Below are positions 11,671-22,115 of a DNA stretch of 64,000 bases, piece by piece (position 1 is the first letter of the stretch; each line of letters begins with the position of its first letter). The translations under genes were made by a program, and so were the position numbers. The notes beneath the pieces are model-generated. The model ran no database searches. It was not told the DNA's origin and was given only the letters and a program-made list of their open reading frames with translations. Origin of the DNA: an uncultured Chloroflexia bacterium (GTDB lineage Bacteria > Chloroflexota > Dehalococcoidia > DSTF01 > JALHUB01); NCBI GenBank assembly GCA_963842845.1, contig CAWJHZ010000019.1, positions 64,995 through 128,994 on the forward strand, read 5' to 3'.

Positions 11671-13563
11671 ATGGCAAAGGTAATCGGAATCGACCTGGGG
11701 ACCACTAATAGCTGCGTCGCCGTCATCGAAGCGGGCGAGCCAACCGTCATCCCGAACTCGGAGGGCGGGCGCACCACGCCGTCGGTCGTCGCCATCAGCA
11801 AGTCGGGAGAGCGGCTCGTCGGCACGGTGGCAAAGCGACAGGCCATCACTAACCCCGACAACACGATCTACTCCATCAAACGCCTCATGGGCCGCAAGTT
11901 CGACGACTCGGAGGTCGAACGCGACAAGACGCTGCTCGCCTACAAGATCGCGCAGGGCCCCAACAACGACGCCCACGTCATGATGGGCGGCCGCGACTAC
12001 TCGCCGGCGGAGATCTCCGCAATGATCCTCCAGAAACTGAAGACCGACGCGGAGGCCTACCTCGGCGAGCCGGTGACGGAGGCGGTCATCACCGTTCCGG
12101 CGTATTTCAACGACAGCCAGCGCCAGGCGACGAAGGACGCCGGCAAGATCGCCGGCATGGACGTGCTGCGCATCATCAACGAGCCGACCGCCGCTTCGCT
12201 CGCCTACGGGCTCGACAAGAAGGCGGAGGAGACGATCGCGGTCTACGACCTCGGCGGCGGCACTTTCGACATCTCGATCCTGGAGATCGGCGAAGGCACG
12301 TTCCAGGTCAAATCGACCAGCGGCAACACGCACCTCGGCGGCGACGACTTCGACCAGCGCGTCATCGACTGGCTCTGCGACGAGTTCCGCCGCGACCAGG
12401 GAATCGACCTGAAGCAGGACCGCATGGCGCTGCAGCGTCTGAAGGAGGCCGCCGAGAAGGCAAAGGTGGAGCTCTCCTCCGTCCTCCAGACCGACATCAA
12501 CCTTCCCTTCATCACCGCCGACGCCTCCGGTCCCAAGCACATGAACATCATGCTCGCGCGCTCCAAGCTGGAGCAGCTCGTCGGCGACCTGGTGGAGAGC
12601 ACACTGGGCCCGTGCAAGCAGGCGCTGTCGGACGCCGGCATCACCGCGTCGCAGGTCGACGAGGTCGTCCTGGTCGGCGGGCAAACGCGCATGCCGATGG
12701 TGCAGGAGACGGTGCGGCAGCTCTTCGGCAAGGAGGCGCACAAGGGCGTCAACCCGGACGAGGTCGTCGCCGTCGGCGCGGCAATCCAGGCCGGTGTGCT
12801 CAAGGGCGAGGTCCACGACGTCCTCCTGCTGGACGTGACGCCGCTTACGCTCGGCATCGAGACGCTCGGCGGCGTGATGACGCCCCTCATCCAACGCAAC
12901 ACGACGATCCCGACGAGCAAGAGCCAGACTTTCAGCACCGCGGCCGATAGCCAGCCGAGCGTGGAGATCCACGTCCTTCAGGGCGAACGCGCGCTGGCGG
13001 CGGACAACAAGTCGCTGGGGCGGTTCATGCTCGATGGCATCCTGCCGGCGCCGCGCGGCGTCCCGCAAATCGAGGTGACGTTCGACATCGACGCCAACGG
13101 CATCCTCAACGTCTCAGCGCGTGACAAGGCGACCGGCCGCGAACAGAAGATAACCATCACCGCCGGCTCCGGCCTGAGCAAAGAGGAGGTCGAGAAGCTC
13201 CAGCACGAGGCGGAGTCACACGCCGAAGAGGACCGCCGCCGTCGTGAGGAGATCGAGACGCGGAACACGGCGGACAGCATGGCCTACAACGCCGAGAAGA
13301 TTCTCCGCGATCAGGGGGAGCGCATCCCGGCGGACATCAAGAGCGACGTCGAGGCGAAGATCGCGGCCTTGCGCCAGGTCCTGCCTTCCGGCACGGTCGA
13401 GCAAATACGCAGCGCCATGAACGAGCTGTCGGAGTCGATGCAAAAGATCGGCGCCGCGGCGTACGGGCAAGACGGCGGCCAGCAGCCTCCGCCCGGCGGC
13501 GAGGGCGAGGGCCAGGCGCCACCGGAGGAAGGGACCGTCGAGGGCGAGTACCGCGAAGTCTAG
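11671..13563 (+). CDS. dnaK: molecular chaperone DnaK (Hsp70)
   Basis: 630-aa [25 protein letters not shown] and [10 protein letters not shown] are Hsp70 signatures. Confidence 0.98.
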   Translation: MAKVIGIDLGTTNSCVAVIEAGEPTVIPNSEGGRTTPSVVAISKSGERLVGTVAKRQAITNPDNTIYSIKRLMGRKFDDSEVERDKTLLAYKIAQGPNNDAHVMMGGRDYSPAEISAMILQKLKTDAEAYLGEPVTEAVITVPAYFNDSQRQATKDAGKIAGMDVLRIINEPTAASLAYGLDKKAEETIAVYDLGGGTFDISILEIGEGTFQVKSTSGNTHLGGDDFDQRVIDWLCDEFRRDQGIDLKQDRMALQRLKEAAEKAKVELSSVLQTDINLPFITADASGPKHMNIMLARSKLEQLVGDLVESTLGPCKQALSDAGITASQVDEVVLVGGQTRMPMVQETVRQLFGKEAHKGVNPDEVVAVGAAIQAGVLKGEVHDVLLLDVTPLTLGIETLGGVMTPLIQRNTTIPTSKSQTFSTAADSQPSVEIHVLQGERALAADNKSLGRFMLDGILPAPRGVPQIEVTFDIDANGILNVSARDKATGREQKITITAGSGLSKEEVEKLQHEAESHAEEDRRRREEIETRNTADSMAYNAEKILRDQGERIPADIKSDVEAKIAALRQVLPSGTVEQIRSAMNELSESMQKIGAAAYGQDGGQQPPPGGEGEGQAPPEEGTVEGEYREV

Positions 13564-13692
13564 GCCCACGCCGTCTGGCCATCCCGCACAGCATCAACCC
13601 TACGCACCCGATCATTCGGTTATGGTCGACCGCCGATTGGCCCGAAATAGGCCTTATGCTATGATTGCGCGCAGCACGCTTGGAGGAGAAAC

Positions 13693-14457
13693 ATGCCGGT
13701 TGAAGGATTCGATCTGACAGGAAAGAAAGCCCTGGTTATCGGCGCAGAGTCCAGCGTTGGACGCGCCATTGCCCTGGCGTTGAAAGAGGCGGGCGCGGAA
13801 GTCGCCGTCACGTCGACGCGGAAGGATGCCGCGGACAACGGAGCAGCGGAAGAGACGGCTCGTCTGCTCGGCGGCGCGGCAGCGCGGTCTATGGACGCGA
13901 CTTCGGCGGCGCAGGTGAACGAAGCGGTCGACGAGGCCGTCCAGCGCCTGGGGCGCCTGGACATCCTCGTGACCTGTCCTGACCTCTTCTTCGCCAAGCC
14001 GGCGGGCGATATCTCCGACGCTGAGTGGGAGAAGGTGTTCGCGGTCAATCTCAGCAGTGTCTTTTTCGCCTGCCGCGCCGCCGGCCCTCGGATGGCGAAG
14101 CAGGGATATGGACGGATCATCAACGTCGCTTCCGGCCTCGGCGAGAGAGGCCTGCCGAACTGCTCGGCGTACTGCGCCGTCAAGGGCGGCGTCTTCAACC
14201 TCACGCGGGCGCTGGCGCAAGAGTGGGCAGCCGCCGGCGTGACCGTCAACGTCATCGCACCGGGCTGGCTGGAGGACACGCCGGGCCTGGGCGACCCGGA
14301 CCCTCAGACGAATCGCCTCCTGCGCTACATTCCCATGCGCCGGCCCGGCCGCGCGGACGACATCGGGCCGCTGGCCGTCTACGTGGCCTCCGATTCGGCG
14401 GGCTATCTGACCGGACGGACGCTTTTCGTGGACGGCGGCCTGACCGCGCACCTCTAG
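13693..14457 (+). CDS. SDR-family oxidoreductase (FabG-like)
   Basis: 254-aa ORF with a glycine-rich N-terminus (KKALVIGAESSVGRAIA), catalytic Y-x-x-x-K (YCAVKGG) and a NVIAPG motif. Confidence 0.9.
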   Translation: MPVEGFDLTGKKALVIGAESSVGRAIALALKEAGAEVAVTSTRKDAADNGAAEETARLLGGAAARSMDATSAAQVNEAVDEAVQRLGRLDILVTCPDLFFAKPAGDISDAEWEKVFAVNLSSVFFACRAAGPRMAKQGYGRIINVASGLGERGLPNCSAYCAVKGGVFNLTRALAQEWAAAGVTVNVIAPGWLEDTPGLGDPDPQTNRLLRYIPMRRPGRADDIGPLAVYVASDSAGYLTGRTLFVDGGLTAHL

Positions 14458-14466
14458 AGGCCGCAA

Positions 14467-15285
14467 ATGCCCTTCACAAACGTGAACGGCTTTCAGATGC
14501 ACTACCAGGTGCGCGGCGATGGACCGCCCCTGGTCATCGCACACGGCCTGCTGAGCAGCATGCTCATGGCGGACATCCTCGGTGAGGTGCCGATAGCGCT
14601 GTTCCAGCACTTCAGCGTCGTCACATACGACGCGCGCGGCCACGGCGAGTCCGGTTTCACGACCAACACCGCCGACTACGAGTGGGAATCGCTGGCGGCG
14701 GACCTTCTCGGCCTGTTCAACCATCTCGGCATCAAGCAGGCCCACCTGGGCGGCAGCTCAATGGGCGGCGGCACGGTGCTCGTCTTCGCGCTCCGGCACC
14801 CCGAAATGGTGGACAAGATCGTCCTGCAATCGCCACCGCCGGTCGGGCAGCAGCAATCCGCTCCGGGCGCGGCGCTGTTCGGCGGGCTCGCGCTGCTGAT
14901 CGAAGGGCTGGGGCTGAAGAAGGCCGTGGAGACGGTGCTCAAGATTCCGCCCTGGGCTGACCTCAAGAAGACGGCGCCGCTGATGTTCACCTTTATGCGG
15001 CAGTGGCTGCTCTCGCTCAACGCGCAGGCCGTCGTGCCGGCGATCCGCGGCATCGCCTACGGCCCGGCACTGGACGAGGAGGACTTTTCGCGGATACAGG
15101 CGGAATCGCTGCTGATCGCCCATCCCGATGACGAGCTCCACCCGGTCGCCTCCGCCGAGCGCCTCCACGACGCTATCCCGAACTCGCAACTCATGGTCGC
15201 GCCCGACGCTTTCTACTACAATCTCCATCGCGACGAGCTGGCGTCGACGATCCAGACCTTCCTCCGAGACGGCCAGGCACGATGA
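14467..15285 (+). CDS. alpha/beta-fold hydrolase
   Basis: 272-aa ORF with HGLL near the N-terminus, a nucleophile elbow GGSSMGG and a C-terminal His region. Confidence 0.85.
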   Translation: MPFTNVNGFQMHYQVRGDGPPLVIAHGLLSSMLMADILGEVPIALFQHFSVVTYDARGHGESGFTTNTADYEWESLAADLLGLFNHLGIKQAHLGGSSMGGGTVLVFALRHPEMVDKIVLQSPPPVGQQQSAPGAALFGGLALLIEGLGLKKAVETVLKIPPWADLKKTAPLMFTFMRQWLLSLNAQAVVPAIRGIAYGPALDEEDFSRIQAESLLIAHPDDELHPVASAERLHDAIPNSQLMVAPDAFYYNLHRDELASTIQTFLRDGQAR

Positions 15286-16184
15286 ACGAACGGGCAGACG
15301 GGGGACCGCCGGCAAGCGAAAGCGTTGCCCCCGACGCCTATGACAATCGCTATTTCTTCGATTCCTGTGAGGGCTACAAGGAGTTCCGCGAGTCCGGCGG
15401 GCGCAAGCTGAGCAGCCGCTTCCAGAAGGCGCTGCGCTTCGCGAAGATACGCCCCGGCGAGCGCGTCCTCGACGTCGGCTGCGGGCGCGGCGAGATGGTG
15501 CTGCACGCGGCGATGCTCGGCGCGGAAGCTGTCGGCATCGACTACGCCGAAGAGGCGGTGCGCATAGCAAACGAATCGCTGGCGATGGCGCCGGATGACG
15601 TGCGAGAGCGGGCGCAGGTGCGCCTCATGAACGCACGCGCGCTGGCGTTCGACGACGCGTCTTTCGACGTGGCCCTGATGAGCGACATCGTCGAGCACCT
15701 GTACCCGCCGGAGCTGGCCGAAGCACTGCGCGAGACGTGGCGGGTGCTGCGGCCGGGAGGAAGGCTCATCGTTCACACGAGTCCCAACCGCCTCTTCTAC
15801 GATATAACGTTCCCGCTCTACGTCCGGCGCGTCCACCTGGTGGCCCGCCGCCTGGCCGACTTCGCCCATTACGGCAGCTACGTCATTGGCCCGAGCCTGC
15901 CGGTCGGAAGGCAGTACCCGCGAACGGACGATGAGCTGCGTGTGCACGTCAACGAGCAGACTGAGTCAGCGCTGACGCGCTCGCTCACGGACGCCGGCTT
16001 CCACATTCGCAAAACGGAACGCTGGGAGATACCGAACCAGCTTCCCTACATGTCCCGGCAGATGACAATCGAGCTGATGCTCCTCGACAGCGTCCGCTAT
16101 CTTCGCCCGTTCAGCTACCTGCCGCCGCTGAACCGGCTGTTCACCAACCACATCTGGGCCATCGCGGAGAAGCCGCGCGCCTAG
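15282..16184 (+). CDS. class I SAM-dependent methyltransferase
   Basis: 300-aa ORF with SAM-binding motif I VLDVGCGRGE and the post-I/II pattern (FDVALMSDIVEHL). Its start overlaps the upstream stop (ATGA). Confidence 0.85.
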   Translation: MNERADGGPPASESVAPDAYDNRYFFDSCEGYKEFRESGGRKLSSRFQKALRFAKIRPGERVLDVGCGRGEMVLHAAMLGAEAVGIDYAEEAVRIANESLAMAPDDVRERAQVRLMNARALAFDDASFDVALMSDIVEHLYPPELAEALRETWRVLRPGGRLIVHTSPNRLFYDITFPLYVRRVHLVARRLADFAHYGSYVIGPSLPVGRQYPRTDDELRVHVNEQTESALTRSLTDAGFHIRKTERWEIPNQLPYMSRQMTIELMLLDSVRYLRPFSYLPPLNRLFTNHIWAIAEKPRA

Positions 16185-16967
16185 CCGGACGCGCCGCCTG
16201 CAACAGTCGTCGCATTCGCTTCAAGCCTAGCTATCTCCTCGTCGGAGAGGGCAAGCAGGGCAGAGAACACATAACGATTGTGCTGTCCGGGCTCCGGCGC
16301 CGGCAGGCGGACGTGACAGGGCGTCATGCCCAGGCGCCAGGGGAGCGCCGGCATCTCGATAACGCCGCCTTCGAGGTGAGAGACCGGCTCGAAGAAACGG
16401 CGTTCGCGCAGGTGAGAGTCGGCGAAGATCTCGATCGCGCGACAGCAGCCTCGCCACGAAGGCAGGGGGACAGGCCGCGGCGTCTACGGCGACGTGCTGT
16501 CCTTTGCCGGTGTCGCGGATGTGAAGCAGGGCGACGCATACGGCGGCAGCCGCGGCCCCCCCGGCAGCCACGTCGGCAAACGTCGCGTTTGCGCCGTCTG
16601 CGCTCGCTCCGGCGACCGATGCGACGATGACGTCGCGCCGCAACGCACGAAAGGCCTCGTAGCCGAAGCCGAAACGCTCGCGCTCTGCCTCGTCGAATCC
16701 CTCGATCACAACGTCGCAAAGAGCGACAAGACGACGCAAGAGCTCCGCACCGTCGGGAGTCGCGAAGTCGAGCATGCAGCCCAGCTTGTCGCGATTGAGA
16801 TGTCGAAACGCATCGTTCCGCGCCGTTGCAGCCCGTTCGACGGCGATGACCTCCGCGCCCGCGTCGCCGAGGAGTCGCGCCGCATACCTTGCGGCCGCCC
16901 CCGGGCCGAGATCGAGGACGCGGTAGGCGACAAGCGGCAAGCGGTAGATCGTCGAAGGCTCAGACAA
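16181..16967 (-). pseudogene. short CaiB/BaiF-like family III CoA-transferase, reading frame broken
   Basis: The N-terminal 160 aa (YRVLDLGPGAAARYAARLLGDAGAEVIAVE...GKGQHVAVD) are in the frame of ORF 16227-16967. The family-typical C-terminus (AIEIFADSHLRERRFFEPVSH...APEPGQHNRYVFSALLALSDEEIARLEAN) is in another frame ending at TAG 16181-16183. The switch lies at or near the G5 run at 16465-16469. Confidence 0.55.
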
Positions 16968-17619
16968 TCGCTTCCCTCCTCAAGCGCGCCAGTTCTTCGG
17001 CGGTCAGGCCCAGGAGCTCGCAGTAGATCTCGTCGTTGTGCCGGCCCGCTCGTGAGACGGGCTCCGCTGGCGTGACGCCTTCGACGGTGAAAGGCAACTC
17101 GGGCAACGCCGATTCGCTCGTTTGGAGCGGCATCTCGCCGTCGTCAACGAGCAGCGCCGCCGCGGCGAGGCACTCCGCGCCATCGACTTCGACCCGCTGC
17201 CCGCGTCCCAACACAGACATCGTTATCAGCGGTAGCAGCGTCGCCGTAAAGGCGTTGAGCCCAACGAAGCGTTGCGCCGCGTCGTCCAGCGGCGCTCCGG
17301 AGATGCACGTCACGATTAGCCGGGGGTTCCGGCGACTGAGCGTCGCATAGTGGAGCTCTGCGGGCAGCGAATCGTCAGCGACCAGGACGTCAGCCTGCTC
17401 AGCGAGCCGGCCGAGGAGAGTGCCACCCTCGGGCCGGGCCACGTCCAACGTTATCGATTCCTTGCCGGCGTTGAGATCGCTGGTCGGCTCGTCGCTGCCG
17501 GGCGGCTCGACTACAAGGACGGTTGCGCCGAGGCGACCGAAAAGCAGGCCGCAATAGCGCACCGCTATTTGCCGGCCGAGCTCCACAACAAGCAGCTCGC
17601 TCAGCGCCGGCTCGGTCAT
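16960..17619 (-). CDS. short CaiB/BaiF-like family III CoA-transferase homolog
   Basis: 219-aa ORF with LLVVELGRQIAVRYCGLLFGRLGATVLVVEPP at the N-terminus and GRHNDEIYCELLGLTAEELARLRREAIV at the C-terminus. It lacks roughly 150 aa of the usual central/small domain. Confidence 0.65.
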   Translation of the reverse strand: MTEPALSELLVVELGRQIAVRYCGLLFGRLGATVLVVEPPGSDEPTSDLNAGKESITLDVARPEGGTLLGRLAEQADVLVADDSLPAELHYATLSRRNPRLIVTCISGAPLDDAAQRFVGLNAFTATLLPLITMSVLGRGQRVEVDGAECLAAAALLVDDGEMPLQTSESALPELPFTVEGVTPAEPVSRAGRHNDEIYCELLGLTAEELARLRREAIV

Positions 17620-17791
17620 TGAAGGGACCCTCTACATGTTCGACCGCGAGGGGTCGCCATCGACATTGACGCAGGGCCAACGCCTCCGCTAGAGCCAGTA
17701 ACGACGGCCGTCTTGCCCTCCAGACCGAGGTCCATCTCAGCCTCCTCGCCATCAATATAGCACAGCGTTAGCGCGCGGCGCGGCGGTCGAG

Positions 17792-17820
17792 TTGACTTGA
17801 TATTTGATGCTTGCTACGAT
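17792..17820 (+). promoter_or_regulatory. sigma-70-like promoter candidate (TTGACT-17-TACGAT) for the etfD-etfBA cluster
   Basis: TTGACT at 17792-17797, a 17-nt spacer and TACGAT at 17815-17820, about 160 nt upstream of the GTG start at 17981. Confidence 0.45.
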
Positions 17821-17980
17821 TTCGCTCGCCCCTCGGATCACGCTTAGGGTCGCCGACGGTAAGGGGCGTTGCTTCCTTTTCGAGGCTGGCGTTATGATGG
17901 GTTCGACTGTGAAGAGAAGCACATACCATTGGCCAATGGTCATGTCGCGTGTTGGCGCTGTGGCTTAGAGGAGGCACACA

Positions 17981-20062
17981 GTGGCACCTTCAACCGAGTT
18001 ACCCGGGAACATCTTCTTCTATCTCATCGTCGTTGGGTTCTCCGCCTTTTTTGTGCTGACGATCGCGGCGCGGCTCATCCCGTTCCTTCAGGCGAAGGGC
18101 GCGCCCCGCTTCGACCACCTGCCGCAACGCATCAGCGATTTCATGCTGGTGATGGTGGGGCAATCGAAGTTTTTCCGTAAGAAGTACTGGTATTCCGGTA
18201 TTCTGCATCCGCTTATCTTCTGGGGGTTCCTCGTCCTGCTCATCCGCAGCCTGAACATGCTGCTGGGTGGCATCGCCGACCCGCTTAGCCTGCAGCACCT
18301 GCCCGGGGACATATTCAACTACTGGCGTCCGGTGATGGACCTGTTCAACGTGGCCGTCATGGTCGGCCTGGCGATGGGCGCCTACGAGCGCTTCTTCGTC
18401 AAGCCGCAACGCCTGACGCTGAACCTGGACGCCTGGCGGATCATCGGCCTCATCTTCTTCCTGATGGTCACCGACATCCTCGCCAACAGCTTCGAGCTGG
18501 ACCTCGAGGCCAAGAAGGAAGCCTGGTCGTTCGTCGCTTACGGCGTTTCCGGCATCTGGACCGGCATGGGCCTTTCTCACAACGCCATCGGCGACCTGCA
18601 CGCGACCTTCTGGTACGTGCACCTCACAATCTTGTTCGCATTCCTCTGTTATCTTCCTTACTCCAAGCACTCCCACGTGCTGACGGTAGCCTTCAACGTG
18701 TTCTTCCACAGCCGCGAGCGCACCGGCGTGCTCCAGCCCATCAACATCGAAGCGATGATGGAGAACGCCGAGGAGGGCGCGACCTTCGGCGTCGGCAAGG
18801 TTACGGACTTCAACTGGAAATCGCTGCTGGACTTCATGACCTGCACCGAATGCGGACGCTGCCAGTCGAACTGCCCCGCATACCTCACGGATAAAGAGCT
18901 CTCCCCGAAGGATATCGAGCACCACGGCCGCATGACCCTTCTTTCCAAGACGCCGACCCTCGGCTCCATGCTTAGGGGCAAGCCCGCCGCGGCCGGCGAG
19001 CCGCTCAACCTGGTCGACACGATGGGATTCGATTCGATCTGGGACTGCGTGACCTGCGGCTCCTGCATGTACTGGTGCCCGGTCTGCATCGAGCACGTGC
19101 CGGAGATAATGGACGTGCGCCGCTACCTGGTCATGGACGAGGCGCGTATGCCGGAGACGGCGCAGGCAACGCTGATGCAGATCGAGCAGCGCGGCCACCC
19201 CTGGCGCGGCACGCAGTTCTCACGCTCCGACTGGATGCAGGGGCTGGACGTGCCCCTCTTCGACGGCTCGCAGGAGTACCTGCTGTGGGTCGGCTGCTCA
19301 GGCTCCCTTTCCGAGCGCAATATCCCGATCACGCAGTCGCTGGCCAGGCTGCTCCTGCAGGCCGGCGTCAGCTTCGGCGTCCTCGGTGAGGAAGAGACGT
19401 GCTGCGGCGACCCGGCCAGGCGCCTGGGCAACGAATACCTCTTCCAGATGCAGGCGCAGCAGGCGATCGAGACCATGAAATCGAAGAACGTAAAGAAAAT
19501 CGTCACCGCCTGCCCGCACGGCTACAACACGATGCGCAACGAGTACCTCCAGTTCGACGGCAAGTTCGAAGTCCTGCACCACACGGAGCTTCTCGACCAG
19601 CTTCTAAAGGCAGGCAAGCTCCAGCCGAAGCAGGGCATCGCCGAGACCATCGTCTACCACGACTCCTGCTATCTGGCGCGTCACAACGAGATCGACGCGG
19701 CCCCCAGGCGCATCCTGGAGAACATCCCGCAGGCCCACCTGGTGGAGATGGAGCGATCGCGGAAGACAACGTTCTGCTGTGGCGCGGGCGGCGGCCATAT
19801 GTGGGTGGAAGAGAGCAAGGGACGGCACATCAACCACGCCCGCACCGAGGAAGCGATGGGCACCGGCGCCAAGATCGTCGCCACCGCCTGCCCCTTCTGC
19901 ATCCAGATGTTCGAGGACGGCATTCCAGCGCTGGAGCCAGACGAAGAGAAGCGCATGCGGGCACAGGACGTTGCCGAGCTGCTGGAAGCCGCCGTCAGTG
20001 GCGCAGCTGGGCCACCGCCGCCGACCGCCGCTCAGGGCGAAGAGGTGGGCGCCAGTCTCTAG
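17981..20062 (+). CDS. membrane-bound Fe-S oxidoreductase, EtfD/HdrD-like (cytochrome-b-like TM domain + 2x[4Fe-4S] + two CCG domains)
   Basis: 693-aa ORF with several N-terminal TM helices, ferredoxin-type motifs CTECGRCQSNCP and CVTCGSCMYWCP, and CCG motifs (EETCCGDP, TFCCGAGGG). It lies directly upstream of etfB-etfA. Confidence 0.85.
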   Translation: MAPSTELPGNIFFYLIVVGFSAFFVLTIAARLIPFLQAKGAPRFDHLPQRISDFMLVMVGQSKFFRKKYWYSGILHPLIFWGFLVLLIRSLNMLLGGIADPLSLQHLPGDIFNYWRPVMDLFNVAVMVGLAMGAYERFFVKPQRLTLNLDAWRIIGLIFFLMVTDILANSFELDLEAKKEAWSFVAYGVSGIWTGMGLSHNAIGDLHATFWYVHLTILFAFLCYLPYSKHSHVLTVAFNVFFHSRERTGVLQPINIEAMMENAEEGATFGVGKVTDFNWKSLLDFMTCTECGRCQSNCPAYLTDKELSPKDIEHHGRMTLLSKTPTLGSMLRGKPAAAGEPLNLVDTMGFDSIWDCVTCGSCMYWCPVCIEHVPEIMDVRRYLVMDEARMPETAQATLMQIEQRGHPWRGTQFSRSDWMQGLDVPLFDGSQEYLLWVGCSGSLSERNIPITQSLARLLLQAGVSFGVLGEEETCCGDPARRLGNEYLFQMQAQQAIETMKSKNVKKIVTACPHGYNTMRNEYLQFDGKFEVLHHTELLDQLLKAGKLQPKQGIAETIVYHDSCYLARHNEIDAAPRRILENIPQAHLVEMERSRKTTFCCGAGGGHMWVEESKGRHINHARTEEAMGTGAKIVATACPFCIQMFEDGIPALEPDEEKRMRAQDVAELLEAAVSGAAGPPPPTAAQGEEVGASL

Positions 20063-20137
20063 TCACGACTGTTCACGGCAGAGCCGGGACCAGCATACAG
20101 GCAACAGAAAAACGCGGACCAAGGAGGAAGCAGAAAG

Positions 20138-20929
20138 ATGCCTTTGCACATCATAGCTTGCGTCAAACAGGTGCCAGACCCGGAGGCCCCGGCATCATCG
20201 TTCAGGGTCGACGAGGCGGCGAAGAAGGTCATTGCGGCCGCGGGAGTGGCGCCGGTAATAAGCCAGTTCGACGCGCTGGCAGTCGAAGCGGCGCTGCGGA
20301 TCAAGGACGCGGCCGCGGACACCAAGGTCACGGTCGTTAGCCTCGGCCCGGAAGGCGCCCGCGACGTAATCAAGCACAGCCTGGCAATGGGCGCCGATGA
20401 AGGCGTCCTCCTCACAGACGGCGCATTCGAGGGCGACAGCTATACTACGGCGCTGGCGCTGTCGAAGGCGATCGAAAAGCTCGGCGACTACAATCTCGTC
20501 CTTTGCGGGCGCCAGGCGACCGACTGGGACGCCGGTGTTGTCGGCTACGGCATCGCCGAGCTCCTGGGCGTGGCAAGCGTCAGCCTCGCGAAGGCCGTCA
20601 CCATCCAGGACGGCAAAGTCGTTGTCGAGCGCGTGCTGATGGAGGGCTATGACACTGTGGAAGCGCCCCTGCCCGCGCTGGTGACGGTCAGCAACGAGCT
20701 GGGCGAGCCCCGATACCCGAAGCTGCAGCAGATCATGATGGCCGCGCGCAAGCAGGTCACGGTCTGGGGCGCCGGCGACATCGGCTTCGCCTCGAGCGGC
20801 GTTCGCGCCAACCTGGAGCGGCTCTTCCAGCCGGTCAGCGAAGTCGAGTGCGAGGTTGTCGAGGGCGAGACGCCCGACGAGGTCGCACAGAAGCTGGCTC
20901 AGCGGCTGCGCGATCAGAAGATAATCTAG
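20138..20929 (+). CDS. etfB: electron transfer flavoprotein beta subunit
   Basis: 263-aa ORF. MPLHIIACVKQVPD...VVSLGP...LVLCGRQATD is the typical EtfB pattern. Confidence 0.93.
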   Translation: MPLHIIACVKQVPDPEAPASSFRVDEAAKKVIAAAGVAPVISQFDALAVEAALRIKDAAADTKVTVVSLGPEGARDVIKHSLAMGADEGVLLTDGAFEGDSYTTALALSKAIEKLGDYNLVLCGRQATDWDAGVVGYGIAELLGVASVSLAKAVTIQDGKVVVERVLMEGYDTVEAPLPALVTVSNELGEPRYPKLQQIMMAARKQVTVWGAGDIGFASSGVRANLERLFQPVSEVECEVVEGETPDEVAQKLAQRLRDQKII

Positions 20930-20961
20930 GCTTTGTCCTACCATAGATAAGGAGAGTTGAC

Positions 20962-21945
20962 ATGGCTAACGGAATCTTGGTGGCAGCCGAGGTAAGCGGC
21001 GGCGCGGTGGCCCCCATCAGCCTGGAAGTCCTGGGCGCAGCCCGCCGTCTCGCTGACCAGAACGGCGAACCCGTACAGGCGGCGGTCATCGGCTCCGGCG
21101 TCGAGGGCCTGGCCAAGGAGCTCATCGCTCACGGAGCGGACAAGGTGTTCGTCGTCGACGAGCCCGCTCTGGCGAAGTACAGTTGCGACGGCTTCGTCGC
21201 GGCTATGGAGAAGGTGAACGCGGCGGCAAGCCCTGGCGCCATTCTGATGGGCCAGAGCGACATGGGCCGCGACCTGGGGCCGCGCCTGGCCTTCCGGCTG
21301 GGCAGCACAGCGGCGATGGACTGCCTGGGCGTCTCAGCAGCGGGCGGCAAGCTCATCGCCGAGCGACCCTGCTACGGCGGCAACGCGCGGGCGAACTTCT
21401 CGTTCAACACTTCGCCGGCCGTCGTCACAATCCGCTCGAAGGCGCAGGAGCCGCTGGCCCGCGACGACTCGCGTCAGGGCCAGATAACGAAAGTCGACGC
21501 CGGCATCGACGCCGCGGCCATCCGCGACAAGATTACCGGTCACCAGGAGGTCGCTGAGGAGGGCATCCGGCTAGAGGACGCCGAAGTGATCGTCGCCGGC
21601 GGACGCGGCATTGGCGGCGCGGAAGGCTTCGCGGTCCTCGAAGAGCTGGCGAAGGCGCTGGGCGGCGCGGTCGGCGCCACGCGCGCGGCCTGTGACAACG
21701 GCTGGCGGCCTGTCTCCGAGCAGATCGGCCTCACCGGCAAGATCGTCGGCCCGACGCTCTACTTCGCGGTCGGCATCTCCGGCGCCAGCCAGCACATGGC
21801 GGGCTGCTCGGGCGCGAAGAATATCGTCGCCATCAACAAGGACCCGGAAGCGATAATCTTCAAGTCCTCCCGCTTCGGCATCGTGGACGACTACAAGAAG
21901 GTGCTGCCGGCACTGGTTGAGGCCTGCCGGAAGCTGAGGGCATAG
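20962..21945 (+). CDS. etfA: electron transfer flavoprotein alpha subunit
   Basis: 327-aa ORF whose C-terminal FAD domain has VIVAGGRG...[28 protein letters not shown]. Confidence 0.93.
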   Translation: MANGILVAAEVSGGAVAPISLEVLGAARRLADQNGEPVQAAVIGSGVEGLAKELIAHGADKVFVVDEPALAKYSCDGFVAAMEKVNAAASPGAILMGQSDMGRDLGPRLAFRLGSTAAMDCLGVSAAGGKLIAERPCYGGNARANFSFNTSPAVVTIRSKAQEPLARDDSRQGQITKVDAGIDAAAIRDKITGHQEVAEEGIRLEDAEVIVAGGRGIGGAEGFAVLEELAKALGGAVGATRAACDNGWRPVSEQIGLTGKIVGPTLYFAVGISGASQHMAGCSGAKNIVAINKDPEAIIFKSSRFGIVDDYKKVLPALVEACRKLRA

Positions 21946-22115
21946 GCTTTTCGCCGGCAATCCAGCGGCCGCTCCTCTCGTTCTGAGTGGGGCGGCCGTT
22001 GCTGTGGCTCTGTGCGCGACACGCCGTCGCCCCGATGCGCTATAGTTGAATTTGACAGAGGTTCTACGGCGCAGATATCATCCCGTTCAGTACTTTCAGC
22101 CTGGAAGGGGCGACT

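Noticed and set aside
17821-17980. 24-codon upstream ORF (MMGSTVKRSTYHWPMVMSRVGAVA) in the etfD-like leader.
   Set aside because: There is no ribosome-binding site or conservation evidence, so it is likely fortuitous.
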